Below are positions 1 to 9,456 of a stretch of DNA of 64,000 nucleotides, one piece after another. A model generated the notes under the pieces. It had not been told where the DNA came from. It saw only the letters and a list, made by a program, of their open reading frames with translations, and did not search any database. Position 1 is the stretch's first letter. Each line of letters begins with the position of its first letter. Position numbers and translations under genes: made by a program. The stretch covers positions 97,759 through 161,758 of the forward strand of contig CAZRGC010000003.1 of assembly GCA_964599625.1 (NCBI GenBank), read 5' to 3'. Source of the DNA: an uncultured Gammaproteobacteria bacterium (GTDB lineage Bacteria > Patescibacteriota > Microgenomatia > UBA8517).

Positions 1-1
1 G

Positions 2-361
2 GCAGACGCCGAAAAGATAACACTTCTTAAGTTCAATATAATTTACGAGCTTCTCAAAGAGATTGAGGAAATTATGAAAAAAGGAAAAGTGGTAGAAGTC
101 GGAAAGGCGGAGATATTGGCCATATTCCCGTTTGATAATAAAAAAGTTGCAGGCTCCAAAGTCATTTCCGGAAGAATCACCAAGGGTGACCAGATAATAT
201 TAAGACGGGCTGACAAAGATCTTGGTAAGGCAAAAGCAGTTTCTGTAAGAAAGGGGAAGCAAGAGGTGGGGTCGGTAGGACAAAGTGAAGAATTTGGCGT
301 TATTCTTGAACCACAGCTTGATTTTGCTGTAGGTGACGTGTTAGTATCCGTGGCGAAGTAA
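2..361 (+). CDS. infB: translation initiation factor IF-2, C-terminal end (5' part outside window)
   Basis: The frame is open from the window edge (ADAEKITLLKFNIIYELLKEIEEIMKKGKVVEVGKAEILAIFPF..GRITKGD..VGDVLVSVAK*). This matches the conserved C-terminal barrel text of IF-2. Confidence 0.8.
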   Translation, partial: ADAEKITLLKFNIIYELLKEIEEIMKKGKVVEVGKAEILAIFPFDNKKVAGSKVISGRITKGDQIILRRADKDLGKAKAVSVRKGKQEVGSVGQSEEFGVILEPQLDFAVGDVLVSVAK

Positions 362-379
362 ACCTGCCTCATTTAAGTA

Positions 380-1345
380 ATGGACAATACTCTATCTCAA
401 TTAATTGATTCGTCTTCATCTGTACTTATTATTTTGCCAACAAAACCGTACTTTGATCAGGTTGCTGCGGGGCTTTCGCTTTATTTATCTCTTAGGGATA
501 AGAAAGATGTGGCTATAACATGCCCAAGTCCAATGACAGTCGGATTTAATAGGCTCATAGGGGTTCAAAAGATTGTTTCTGAGGTTGGCAATAAGAATCT
601 AACAATTAGGTTTGCAGGATACGACGCCACAAACATTGAAAAGGTGAGTTATGATATCGAAAACGGTGAATTCAAACTAACTGTGGTTCCCAAGGTCGGT
701 TTCGATTCTCCTCAAAAGGAAAACTTGAACCTGAATTATTCAGGGATGTCTGCTGACCTTGTTATTTTGGTGGGTGGTGCCAACGAGACTCATTTTCCGG
801 TACTAACCTCACCTGATTTTAGTGTAGAAAAAATTGTTCATGTAGGCACAAGAGTTTTAACCACAACCCGTGAAGTCATGTCGCTTTCGAAACCGGGTTC
901 TTCTACCAGTGAAATTGTTGCCAACATAATTAAGACTAACGAGCTTGCAATGGACCCGGATATCGCAACCAATCTCATCATGGGTATAGAAGAGGGCAGC
1001 TCCCACTTTGAGAGTTCCGAAGTTCGTGCGGAAACCTTTGAGACTTTTGCTTTTCTTTTAAGAAATGGAGGAAGGAGAATGCCTAAAAACAAATTAAGTC
1101 CCATGAATTTTCCTCCAGGATCAATTCCCGGAGTACCCGTAGCCCAGCCAGGGATAAGGCTTCCAAAGATGCCACCGATGCCACCTTTGCAGACTCTACC
1201 TTCTTTTGATGAAGTTCTTGCTCCTGACATGGACTCAACCAAAGAGGAAGAATCTGAAATTGACCCCCCTGACGATTGGCTTCAGCCAAAAGTATTCAAA
1301 GGATCCGTTAACCAACCCGAGTCTTTTAGCGAGAACAAGGGTTAA
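380..1345 (+). CDS. hypothetical protein; N-terminal half resembles a degenerate DHH/NrnA-like fold, proline-rich acidic tail
   Basis: This is a 321-aa ORF. VLIILPTKPYFDQVAAGLSLYLSL..KDVAI parallels the DHH motif region but lacks the catalytic Asp/His. It has a PKMPPMPPLQTLP low-complexity C-terminus. Confidence 0.35.
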   Translation: MDNTLSQLIDSSSSVLIILPTKPYFDQVAAGLSLYLSLRDKKDVAITCPSPMTVGFNRLIGVQKIVSEVGNKNLTIRFAGYDATNIEKVSYDIENGEFKLTVVPKVGFDSPQKENLNLNYSGMSADLVILVGGANETHFPVLTSPDFSVEKIVHVGTRVLTTTREVMSLSKPGSSTSEIVANIIKTNELAMDPDIATNLIMGIEEGSSHFESSEVRAETFETFAFLLRNGGRRMPKNKLSPMNFPPGSIPGVPVAQPGIRLPKMPPMPPLQTLPSFDEVLAPDMDSTKEEESEIDPPDDWLQPKVFKGSVNQPESFSENKG

Positions 1346-1395
1346 ATTTCCCCATATGGTTTAAAATGAGATTTTCCTGATCACTTATAGATATT

Positions 1396-2013
1396 ATGGA
1401 CAAAAAAAATGACCCCGTAGGACATGGTTACGGAACAGATACCCAGAGAGTTATAGATACTTATGTTTCTAGTAGAGACATTGAAGAGTATAGAAGGAAC
1501 TTGGGTTTCGAAAACAAAGAATCTTTTTTAGCCAATATTCCCCAAGGTGCAGTACTGCTTGATATAGGTTCCGGTAACAATGAATTTTCCAGAAACATGA
1601 TGGATGTAAGACCTGACGTTAAGATATTTAACCTCAACCCCGCTTTGGCGGACAAAACAAATAGACTATTCAGCAAACGTTACAACAATTCCTCGAACGA
1701 TATAGCAGCAATTAATCCAGGGCTTCCTTACAAAGACGCTTCTTTTGATGTTGTTTTGGACTGCATGGCCAGTATTTACCGAGCAGATCCGATTTTTGGT
1801 ATGACGAGAGAGGAATCAAATTTACAAAAATTAAAGGAGGTTGTTAGGGTTCTTAAACCCAATGGCTTTGCAGCAGTGGGCCCCCTCTTGAGAGAAGACG
1901 AGATTGCAGAGTTAGTTGAGAATTCGAGACGCATTGGTGGTATTTCGGTTCAAAAAGCTAAAATTATCGAGCCTAACTTCCAAAGTTTTCATATCCGAAA
2001 ACTACCTCTTTGA
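1396..2013 (+). CDS. class I SAM-dependent methyltransferase
   Basis: It carries motif I VLLDIGSGNNEF, an acidic loop FDVVLDCMA, and VLKPNGFAAV. Confidence 0.6.
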   Translation: MDKKNDPVGHGYGTDTQRVIDTYVSSRDIEEYRRNLGFENKESFLANIPQGAVLLDIGSGNNEFSRNMMDVRPDVKIFNLNPALADKTNRLFSKRYNNSSNDIAAINPGLPYKDASFDVVLDCMASIYRADPIFGMTREESNLQKLKEVVRVLKPNGFAAVGPLLREDEIAELVENSRRIGGISVQKAKIIEPNFQSFHIRKLPL

Positions 2014-2038
2014 ACTCAGCCTTGAGTTGTGGTAAAAT
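2010..2038 (+). promoter_or_regulatory. sigma70-like promoter upstream of rpsO
   Basis: TTGAAC (2010-2015), a 17-nt spacer, then TGG-TAAAAT (extended -10, 2033-2038). Confidence 0.45.
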
Positions 2039-2114
2039 ACCCAAGATGAAAACAAGGTTTTCTCTGAAATGAGGCTACTTTGTTTAACATGACGAATAGT
2101 CTTTCAAGACAACT

Positions 2115-2384
2115 ATGGCACTAGCCAAAGATCACAAACAAGACATTATCAAGAAGTTTTCCCGCGAAAAGGGTGATACAGGTTCTCCTGAAGTTCAGGT
2201 TGCGCTTCTTACCATCCAAATTGAAAAACTCGTAGGGCATCTTAAGGAACACAAAAAGGACGTTCATTCCAGACGTGGACTTTTGTCCATGGTTGCCAAA
2301 AGGCGCAGGCTTTTGAACTATCTTAGAAGAAGAGATGAAGAAAGATACAAAAAGCTTATTGAGGAATTGAAATTAGAGAAGTAA
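2115..2384 (+). CDS. rpsO: 30S ribosomal protein S15
   Basis: 89 aa with [14 protein letters not shown] and HSRRGLL signatures. Confidence 0.95.
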   Translation: MALAKDHKQDIIKKFSREKGDTGSPEVQVALLTIQIEKLVGHLKEHKKDVHSRRGLLSMVAKRRRLLNYLRRRDEERYKKLIEELKLEK

Positions 2385-2405
2385 AATACAAACAGTAGGT
2401 TTGAG

Positions 2406-2455
2406 GTTGAAGATGGTGTCCCGCAACGGCGGGACTTCAGAATACAACCTTCAAC
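2406..2455 (+). promoter_or_regulatory. nested stem-loop in the rpsO-pnp spacer (possible pnp leader processing/autoregulation stem)
   Basis: GTTGAAG (2406-2412) pairs with CTTCAAC (2449-2455). This encloses GTCCCGC (2418-2424) paired with GCGGGAC (2429-2435), loop AACG. Confidence 0.45.
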
Positions 2456-2470
2456 TTACCCCAGAATTAC

Positions 2471-4825
2471 ATGAAGAAAATAACAAAATCTTTAGAGCTC
2501 GGAGGAAAAACTCTGACTCTTACCACAGGTGAACTTGCAGAACAGGCAGCGGGTGCAGTTCTCGCTAGAATGGGCGACACAGTCGTATTGGCAACAGTGG
2601 CCGCAGCTCCACTCAAGATGGAAATGGATTATTTTCCACTTACAGTTGAATACCTCGAAAGACTTTATGCCGGTGGACGTATCAAAGGCAGTAAATGGGT
2701 CAAAAAAGAAGGAAGGCCCACAGATGAGGAAATTCTTTCCGCGAGACTTATAGACAGATCCATAAGACCCCTTTTCCCCAAGACCTACAAAAAAGAAGTT
2801 CAGGTGATTGTCACTGTAATGGCTGTGGACATGGAAAATGACCCTGCCATTTTGGGTGCAATCGCGGCTTCGGCAGCTGTTCACGTTTCTACACTTCCCT
2901 GGAAAGGTCCAGTTGCTCCACTTACGGTTGGACTTATAAACGGAGAGTACAAGATTAACCCGTCAAATTCAGAGATGGAAAATTCACTTATGGATCTTAC
3001 AGTTTCTTCGACAAAAGAGGCTGTTCTCATGATCGAGGCAGGAGCCAAAGAAGTAACAGAAGAGCAAATTGTGGGAGGAGTTGAATTTGCACAGAAAGAA
3101 TCTAAAGCGGTTTTGGCTTTTATTGAAGAACTTGCAAAAGAGGCAGGTAGGGACAGAGAAACATATGTTCCCGAAAAACCTTCTGCTGAACTTGAAAAAC
3201 AAGTAGAAAAACTGGTTGGAGACAAAATTGCGGGTGTTGTTGAAAGCTTGGTTAGTGTAGAAAACGGAAGATCTACAGAGCTTCAGGATTTGATTGACGC
3301 AGTTGTTGCAAATGTTACGGAGGAAGATGCTAAATGGGTTCCTGAGATTGTTGACCATATGAAGAAAGATTATATTCGTAGTCAGATTCTCAAAAAAGGA
3401 AAAAGACCAGACGGCAGGAAACTCACGGAAGTCAGAAAACTTTCTGGTGAGGTTGGCTATTTACCCAGAGTTCACGGTTCGGCTTTGTTCAAAAGAGGGC
3501 AGACACATGTCTTGTCTGTAGCTACGCTTGGTGCTCAGTCAATGGGACTCCTTTTGGAATCTGCAGAAGGCGAAGTCGAAAAAAGATATATGCACCAATA
3601 TTCCATGCCTCCTTATGCCAGCGGTGAGGTTGGAAGATTTGGTAACGCAGGAAGACGCGAAATTGGACACGGTGCTCTCGCAGAACGTGCACTTACACCG
3701 GTAATTCCTTCTCAGGATGAGTTCCCTTACACAATAAGAGTGGTATCAGAAGTTATGAGTTCAAATGGTTCGACTTCAATGGCTTCTGTTGTTGGTTCTA
3801 CATTGTCACTCATGGATGCAGGTGTACCCATAAAAGCTCCTGTTGCAGGTATTGCAATGGGTCTCATTATCGAAAACGAAAAAGAATTTGCGGTTCTTTC
3901 GGATATCATGGGCATCGAGGACTTCAACGGTGATATGGATTTCAAAGTGGCAGGCACCGATAACGGAATTACAGCACTTCAGCTTGATGTTAAGACCCTA
4001 AACCTTACCAAAGAAATTCTGGAGAAAGCACTTGAACAGTCCAAGGATGCAAGGTCCCAAGTGATGAAAGCCATCAAGGACACTTTGGCTGAACCCAGAA
4101 CTACAGTCTCGGAATATGCACCCAAGATTAAAGTGGTTAAGATTCCAGTTGAGAAGATTGGGGAATTTATAGGCCCAAGCGGAAAGAATATCAAAAAGCT
4201 TATGGCTGACACAGGGTGTCAGGTGGACGTTGAAGACGATGGAAGTGTTGCTATATCTGGAGTTGACCCGGACAAGATGCAGCAGGCGGTTGCATTTGTA
4301 GAAGGTTTTGCAAAAGTCGTGCAACCTGGAGAAATTTATGAAGGTGAAGTCGTGAGACTTATGTCATTCGGGGCATTTGTAAATATTTTGCCCGGCAAAG
4401 ACGGCATGGTGCATGTTTCAGACATGGGCCAGGAGGGATTTGTTAAAGATGCAGGAGATGTTGTAAGCATTGGACAAAAAGTTCAAGTTAGAGTTAAAGA
4501 AGTTGACGATATGGGAAGAATCAATCTTTCTATGAATATGGATCCTGCAATGGATGAAAAGATCAAAGCTGAAAGACAAGCAAAGTTTGGTGACAGAGGC
4601 GGCAGAGGTGGCGGACGAGGTGGATTTGGCGGAGGTCGCGGCGGATTTGGAGGCGGCAGAGGTGGCGGACGAGGTGGATTTGGCGGAGGTCGCGGCGGAT
4701 TTGGAGGCGGCAGAGGAAGAAGTTTTGACAGAGCCGATAGGGGTGCAAGTGGGGGACCACATTTTCCTGCATCCAGATTAATGGGTGACAATAATTCTTC
4801 GGGTGGCAACGACTTCGGAAGATAA
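2471..4825 (+). CDS. pnp: polyribonucleotide nucleotidyltransferase (PNPase) with C-terminal RGG-repeat tail
   Basis: 784 aa with two RNase PH-like halves (FPLTVEYLERLYAGGRIKG, GHGALAERAL), a KH region (IGEFIGPSGKNIKKL) and an S1 region (GEVVRLMSFGAFVNI). The tail is a Gly/Arg/Phe repeat. Confidence 0.95.
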   Translation: MKKITKSLELGGKTLTLTTGELAEQAAGAVLARMGDTVVLATVAAAPLKMEMDYFPLTVEYLERLYAGGRIKGSKWVKKEGRPTDEEILSARLIDRSIRPLFPKTYKKEVQVIVTVMAVDMENDPAILGAIAASAAVHVSTLPWKGPVAPLTVGLINGEYKINPSNSEMENSLMDLTVSSTKEAVLMIEAGAKEVTEEQIVGGVEFAQKESKAVLAFIEELAKEAGRDRETYVPEKPSAELEKQVEKLVGDKIAGVVESLVSVENGRSTELQDLIDAVVANVTEEDAKWVPEIVDHMKKDYIRSQILKKGKRPDGRKLTEVRKLSGEVGYLPRVHGSALFKRGQTHVLSVATLGAQSMGLLLESAEGEVEKRYMHQYSMPPYASGEVGRFGNAGRREIGHGALAERALTPVIPSQDEFPYTIRVVSEVMSSNGSTSMASVVGSTLSLMDAGVPIKAPVAGIAMGLIIENEKEFAVLSDIMGIEDFNGDMDFKVAGTDNGITALQLDVKTLNLTKEILEKALEQSKDARSQVMKAIKDTLAEPRTTVSEYAPKIKVVKIPVEKIGEFIGPSGKNIKKLMADTGCQVDVEDDGSVAISGVDPDKMQQAVAFVEGFAKVVQPGEIYEGEVVRLMSFGAFVNILPGKDGMVHVSDMGQEGFVKDAGDVVSIGQKVQVRVKEVDDMGRINLSMNMDPAMDEKIKAERQAKFGDRGGRGGGRGGFGGGRGGFGGGRGGGRGGFGGGRGGFGGGRGRSFDRADRGASGGPHFPASRLMGDNNSSGGNDFGR
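4598..4717 (+). repeat. perfect 54-nt tandem duplication (2.2 copies) encoding GGRGGGRGGFGGGRGGFG
   Basis: 4598-4651 and 4652-4705 are identical base for base. A partial third copy spans 4706-4717. Confidence 0.95.
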
Positions 4826-4882
4826 TCTTCATTGCCTAAGATTTAGGTGATACACTGGAAAGGAATTTTTTTTAAATTTGTT

Positions 4883-5929
4883 ATGGATACTGCCGCACAA
4901 GAAATAAACGTACTTATAGAAAAAGTTAAGGCCTCGGATATGCCCGACAAACTTCGTGAGAGAGTGATGGTAAGACTTAGTCAGTTGGCAAAACTTACAA
5001 ATTCCCCATCTTTTTTGCCAGAATTCGACAGCATGGTCAAATATATTGATTGGATAACAATTCTTCCTTGGAACAAAAGAACTAAAGATGTTTTGGATCT
5101 AGCTAACGCCGCAAAAATTTTGGAAGAACATCATTACGGATTGGCCGAGCTAAAAGAGAGAGTTTTGGAGTACATGAGTGTTATGAAACTTAAAACAGAG
5201 CGCGGAGAAAGTGCAGACATATATAGGGCCCCAATTCTTTGTTTTGTGGGACTTGTTGGTACAGGAAAGACAACGATCGCATATTCTATTGCCGAAGCTT
5301 TGGGACGCCCCATTGCCCGTATTCCTTTTGGAGGAATGGGAGACCCGCTTGATCTTCGTGGACAGTCTCGTATGCACCCCGAAGCAGAGCCGGGGAAGAT
5401 TATTAAAGCACTAAGAGACTGTCAGTCCAAAAATCCTGTCATACTTTTGGATGAAATCGACCGTGTCACAGAACAGGGTAGGGCTTCAATAATGGGTGTT
5501 TTGGTTGAGCTTTTGGACCCTAAACAGAATAAAGCTTTTACTGACCACTATTTAGATTTTCCAGTGGATTTATCCGAAGCATTGTTTATTGCGACAGCAA
5601 ACAACACAACCAATATAGCAACTGCTGTTATGGACAGAATCGAACCAATTTCCATGCCTTCATACTCAGATCAAGAAAAAATAGTAATTGCCAAAAAATA
5701 TATTCTGCCGCACGCGCTTAAAGCGTCAGGGCTTCCCGAGGGGTCTTTAACTATAGACGACGAAGTTTGGATTAATATTGTCCGTCCTTTGGGATTTGAT
5801 GCAGGTATCCGTACATTGGAAAGAAATATAGACGGCGTTGTGAGGAAAGTTGCAAGGTTAATGGTGGAAGGAAAAGCACAAACAGTAAGTGTTACCCCCC
5901 AGAACGTTAAACAATTCATGCCACAGTAA
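4883..5929 (+). CDS. Lon-like AAA+ ATPase module without a protease domain
   Basis: Lon-type text is present: EHHYGLAELKERVLEYMSV, Walker A GLVGTGKTT, Walker B ILLDEIDR, GIRTLERNI. The ORF stops where the S16 protease domain would begin. ATG 4883 is preferred over GTG 4847. Confidence 0.7.
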   Translation: MDTAAQEINVLIEKVKASDMPDKLRERVMVRLSQLAKLTNSPSFLPEFDSMVKYIDWITILPWNKRTKDVLDLANAAKILEEHHYGLAELKERVLEYMSVMKLKTERGESADIYRAPILCFVGLVGTGKTTIAYSIAEALGRPIARIPFGGMGDPLDLRGQSRMHPEAEPGKIIKALRDCQSKNPVILLDEIDRVTEQGRASIMGVLVELLDPKQNKAFTDHYLDFPVDLSEALFIATANNTTNIATAVMDRIEPISMPSYSDQEKIVIAKKYILPHALKASGLPEGSLTIDDEVWINIVRPLGFDAGIRTLERNIDGVVRKVARLMVEGKAQTVSVTPQNVKQFMPQ

Positions 5930-5992
5930 TGTCACAAGAAAGCTATGCCGCAGTAACTCACTAAGTCTGCGACATAAAATTTACAAGCTATT

Positions 5993-6559
5993 TTGTTGTG
6001 TATAATGTTTGAAATGGCAGAGGTTGGATACAATGTTTACGCACAAGAACGAAGATATATAGAAACCCGTGTTGCTGAGATTACATTGGTGGAGCATATA
6101 GCAACAATGTATAAATCCATTCAAGACAATGTTACTACGGGTTGGCATTCTGTAAACAATACTCAAAACCAAATTCTGGACATATTGGCAAACGATTACA
6201 ATTCATGGCAATCGTTTCCTGAGCACCAAAATAAAGCAGGTTTGGACAGGGGCGCTCACGGTGAATACTTTATGAGACTGATTGGAGCCGGAATATTGGA
6301 GGATTTACCTCACAGATTTTTGTCAGAAGATGGAAAAGACATTTCGGGCGTAGAAATTCTCGCCACTCCTTCAGGAGACGACGGTGTAGGTATATTTGAT
6401 GTGACTTTTAAAATAGAATCAGGCAAAAAGAATGAATTTGGAAGGGTTAGAGTAAACGCAAGTATGCAATCACTTAGAGCTAGGATGAAAGATTTGTCCG
6501 AAGAGATGCGAATTTATAACGAAAGAATAAATGAAGGTAGGGGCGATTGGCAAAAATGA
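5993..6559 (+). CDS. hypothetical protein
   Basis: 188-aa ORF that overlaps the next gene by 13 nt. No motif recognised, and the start is uncertain. Confidence 0.45.
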   Translation: MLCIMFEMAEVGYNVYAQERRYIETRVAEITLVEHIATMYKSIQDNVTTGWHSVNNTQNQILDILANDYNSWQSFPEHQNKAGLDRGAHGEYFMRLIGAGILEDLPHRFLSEDGKDISGVEILATPSGDDGVGIFDVTFKIESGKKNEFGRVRVNASMQSLRARMKDLSEEMRIYNERINEGRGDWQK

Positions 6560-7032
6560 AAATATTAGTCATTTCTGACTCTCATGGACAAATTTCCAAC
6601 CTTGAACATATCTTGGGTTTTGCAAAAAAGATAGGCGCCGGGGCACTTATTCACTGTGGAGATTGGGATAATTTATCTTCCGTAGAAAAAGTTTTGGAGT
6701 CACAAATTCCGCTTTATTCAGTTTCTGGAAATGCCGATGTCGACCCCAGTATTAAAAAAAGACTAGAAGAAGGATCGGAAAAATATGGAGAAAACTTTCT
6801 GTATTTTGAGTTGGAAGGAAAAAAAATCGGAGTGACCCACAAACCTAAAGATGTTAAAAAATATTTTGAAAATAGTGGGGCAGATATAGTTTTTTGTGGA
6901 CATTTACACTCTGTAGACGACAATTTTGTTTCCGGAATCCGAGTTGTCAGACCCGGAGCGGTAAAATCAGGAATAAATATTGTTGTTTATGAAACAAAAA
7001 ATGGAGACCTAGAATTTATAAAAGATGAATGA
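6547..7032 (+). CDS. YfcE/MJ0936-type metallophosphoesterase
   Basis: Motifs ISDSHG, HCGDW, GNAD and GHLH occur in canonical order. Confidence 0.8.
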   Translation: MAKMKILVISDSHGQISNLEHILGFAKKIGAGALIHCGDWDNLSSVEKVLESQIPLYSVSGNADVDPSIKKRLEEGSEKYGENFLYFELEGKKIGVTHKPKDVKKYFENSGADIVFCGHLHSVDDNFVSGIRVVRPGAVKSGINIVVYETKNGDLEFIKDE

Positions 7033-7615
7033 AAGTATAATTCACGAAAAATACAAAAAACTCCACGAGTTAAAAGACAAAATGGAAAAGGACGAATCTT
7101 TACCTTTGAAAAAGGGTGCCACCCGCCTTGTTTTTGGAACCGGTAACACAGAAGCAAAGATTTTATGTATTGGGGAAGGGCCGGGCTTTAATGAGGACCG
7201 AGAAGGTCTGCCTTTTGTGGGACAAGCAGGGAGGTTGTTGGATAAACTTTTACATCTTGCAGGCATCGAGCGCAAGACGGTATTTATAACAAACGTTGTT
7301 CATCACAGACCCCCTGAGAACCGTGACCCGTTGCCAGAAGAAATATCCGCTTACGGAAAATACCTGGACGAAATAATAAAAATAATAAATCCTAAAATGA
7401 TTATTACACTTGGAAGGTTTTCAATGGCAAAGTTTTTACCTGATGTATTTATTTCTCAGGTGCATGGTAAAAATTACAAAGTTGATTTTGGAGGCAGAAC
7501 AGTAACTATTGTGCCAATGTATCATCCCGCAGCAAGTTTGAGGAACGGCAATATTTTAGAAGCAGAAAAAAAAGATTTTTTAGAACTCGGAAAAATATTG
7601 CGGGATTTTAATTAA
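7025..7615 (+). CDS. uracil-DNA glycosylase, family 4/5 type
   Basis: GEGPGFNEDREGLPFVGQAGRLLDKLL and a C-terminal HPAA motif. Confidence 0.8.
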   Translation: MNESIIHEKYKKLHELKDKMEKDESLPLKKGATRLVFGTGNTEAKILCIGEGPGFNEDREGLPFVGQAGRLLDKLLHLAGIERKTVFITNVVHHRPPENRDPLPEEISAYGKYLDEIIKIINPKMIITLGRFSMAKFLPDVFISQVHGKNYKVDFGGRTVTIVPMYHPAASLRNGNILEAEKKDFLELGKILRDFN

Positions 7616-7649
7616 ACCGATTATTGGGTACAATATAGATACTTCGAAA

Positions 7650-9377
7650 ATGAAAACATCTTCGCAAAGCAAAAACATGAATGAAAAAAATATAAAAACC
7701 AATCCCTCGATAATGACAACAAAAGTTACAGGTGGAATGAAATTTATAGCACTTTCGGGAACAACAGGTGTTACAGAGAATCTTTATGTATATGAATACG
7801 GTAACGACATGGTTGTTGTTGACTGTGGTGTCGGGTTTCCCGAATCTGAAATGTTTGGGGTGGACCTGGTTATACCTGATTTTTCTTATATAAAACAAAA
7901 CGCCCACAAATTAAGAGGTGTTCTTATTTCTCATGGACACGAAGACCACATTGGAGGTTTACCTTTCCTGCTAAAGGAAGTAAAAACCACAGTGTATGCC
8001 AGTAAACTTGTTGCCGGTTTTATTCAGGAGAAACTTGATGATGCAGAGGTCCAGGGGAATATTAAAGTCTTTGACCCCGAACGTGATGTTTTGACACTTG
8101 GAGTTTTTAAAGTTACACCTTTCAGAGTTGCCCACTCGGTTCCCGATGGGGTTGGTTTTTGTATCGACACACCCGAAGGAAAAATGTTCCATGTGCCGGA
8201 TTACAAATTTGATTGGACACCTGTAGATGGTAGGCCGTTTGACGTCGCAAAACTTTCTGTTCTGGCATCTGGTGGTGCATTGGCCTTGGCATCGGATTCT
8301 CTGGGGTCTACTTCACCTGGATACACTGAAAGCGAGAGAGAGATAGAAGGCAGAATTGAACCTATTGTGCGGGACGCCAAAGGTAAGGTGTACCTGACCA
8401 CTATCTCGTCAAATATAAGTCGTATGCAGCAAACTCTTAATGTCGCAGCAAAAACAGGAAGAAAAGTATGTTTCATTGGCAGATCTATCGTCAGAAAGTC
8501 CGAAATAGCCAGAGATCTGGGTTTTATGTCGCAGGGGAACGGAATAATTGTTCAACCCAAACAAGCCGCCAAACTTCCACCCAATAAAGTTCTTTATATT
8601 ATTTCAGGTAGTTACGGTCAACCCGGAAGTGCACTATACAGGCTTTGTCTGGGCGACCACGACTTCTTGTCTATTGGCAGTAATGACGTGGTTATATTTT
8701 CGGCAGATCCTGCTCCTCCAGGCAGTAAGGCAAATGTTGATTTTTTGGTAGACAAATTAATCGAGTCTGATGTGGATGTGCATTATTACGACATGCAGGA
8801 AGATCTTCATGTTTCGGGACATGGATGTATCAAAGACATCGAAATGCTTTTTGCTTTAGTTAGACCAAAGTATTTTATACCAATTGGTGGAACAGTAAGA
8901 CACAATAGAGCATATGGACTTATTGCTCAAAGTATGGGTGCCGAAGAAAAAGAAATCCTTGCACTTTTGCCTGGCGACATTGTTGAGTTTAATTCTGGAA
9001 TAGCCAGAAGGTCCGGAAAAATTCAGGTTAAAGAGGTGCTGGTTGACGGATTAGGCATTGGAGATGTTGGCAATTCGGTATTAAGGGATAGACACATCCT
9101 TTCTAAAGAGGGAGTTGTTATTGCAATGTGCCAATTTGATCGCAACAACGGTGTTCTTTCCGCACTCCCCGAAATGATAAGCCGAGGTTTTGTTTTTGAA
9201 CAAAAATATGGCCGGCTTTTGGATGAAGCGTCACGGGACCTTGCAAAGGTCCTGGATAGAAAAAAGAATGTTAACGCGCTTTTTATACGAAACACTACGA
9301 TTGATTTTCTCGAAAAATATTTCTTCCAAAAAACAGGCAGGCGCCCAATGATACTTCCGTTGGTTGTGGAGACTTGA
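7650..9377 (+). CDS. rnj: ribonuclease J
   Basis: Metallo-beta-lactamase motif HGHEDHIGG, a beta-CASP region (LHVSGHG) and 575 aa length. The exact start is uncertain. Confidence 0.85.
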   Translation: MKTSSQSKNMNEKNIKTNPSIMTTKVTGGMKFIALSGTTGVTENLYVYEYGNDMVVVDCGVGFPESEMFGVDLVIPDFSYIKQNAHKLRGVLISHGHEDHIGGLPFLLKEVKTTVYASKLVAGFIQEKLDDAEVQGNIKVFDPERDVLTLGVFKVTPFRVAHSVPDGVGFCIDTPEGKMFHVPDYKFDWTPVDGRPFDVAKLSVLASGGALALASDSLGSTSPGYTESEREIEGRIEPIVRDAKGKVYLTTISSNISRMQQTLNVAAKTGRKVCFIGRSIVRKSEIARDLGFMSQGNGIIVQPKQAAKLPPNKVLYIISGSYGQPGSALYRLCLGDHDFLSIGSNDVVIFSADPAPPGSKANVDFLVDKLIESDVDVHYYDMQEDLHVSGHGCIKDIEMLFALVRPKYFIPIGGTVRHNRAYGLIAQSMGAEEKEILALLPGDIVEFNSGIARRSGKIQVKEVLVDGLGIGDVGNSVLRDRHILSKEGVVIAMCQFDRNNGVLSALPEMISRGFVFEQKYGRLLDEASRDLAKVLDRKKNVNALFIRNTTIDFLEKYFFQKTGRRPMILPLVVET

Positions 9378-9456
9378 CGTTAATGTTGCAGGCTTGAAGC
9401 TTCCAAGATCTTTTTGTAAAGTATACAATGCATTTGCGTAGTGAAATCAAAATAAA

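Noticed and set aside
4418-4832. ORFs overlapping the PNPase RGG repeat in other frames or on the other strand (Pro-rich PPNPPRPPP, acidic EVADEVDLAEVAA and others).
   Set aside because: These are repeat-driven artefacts. The tandem GGN/CGN repeat is open in several frames, and only the + frame is continuous with the PNPase S1 domain.
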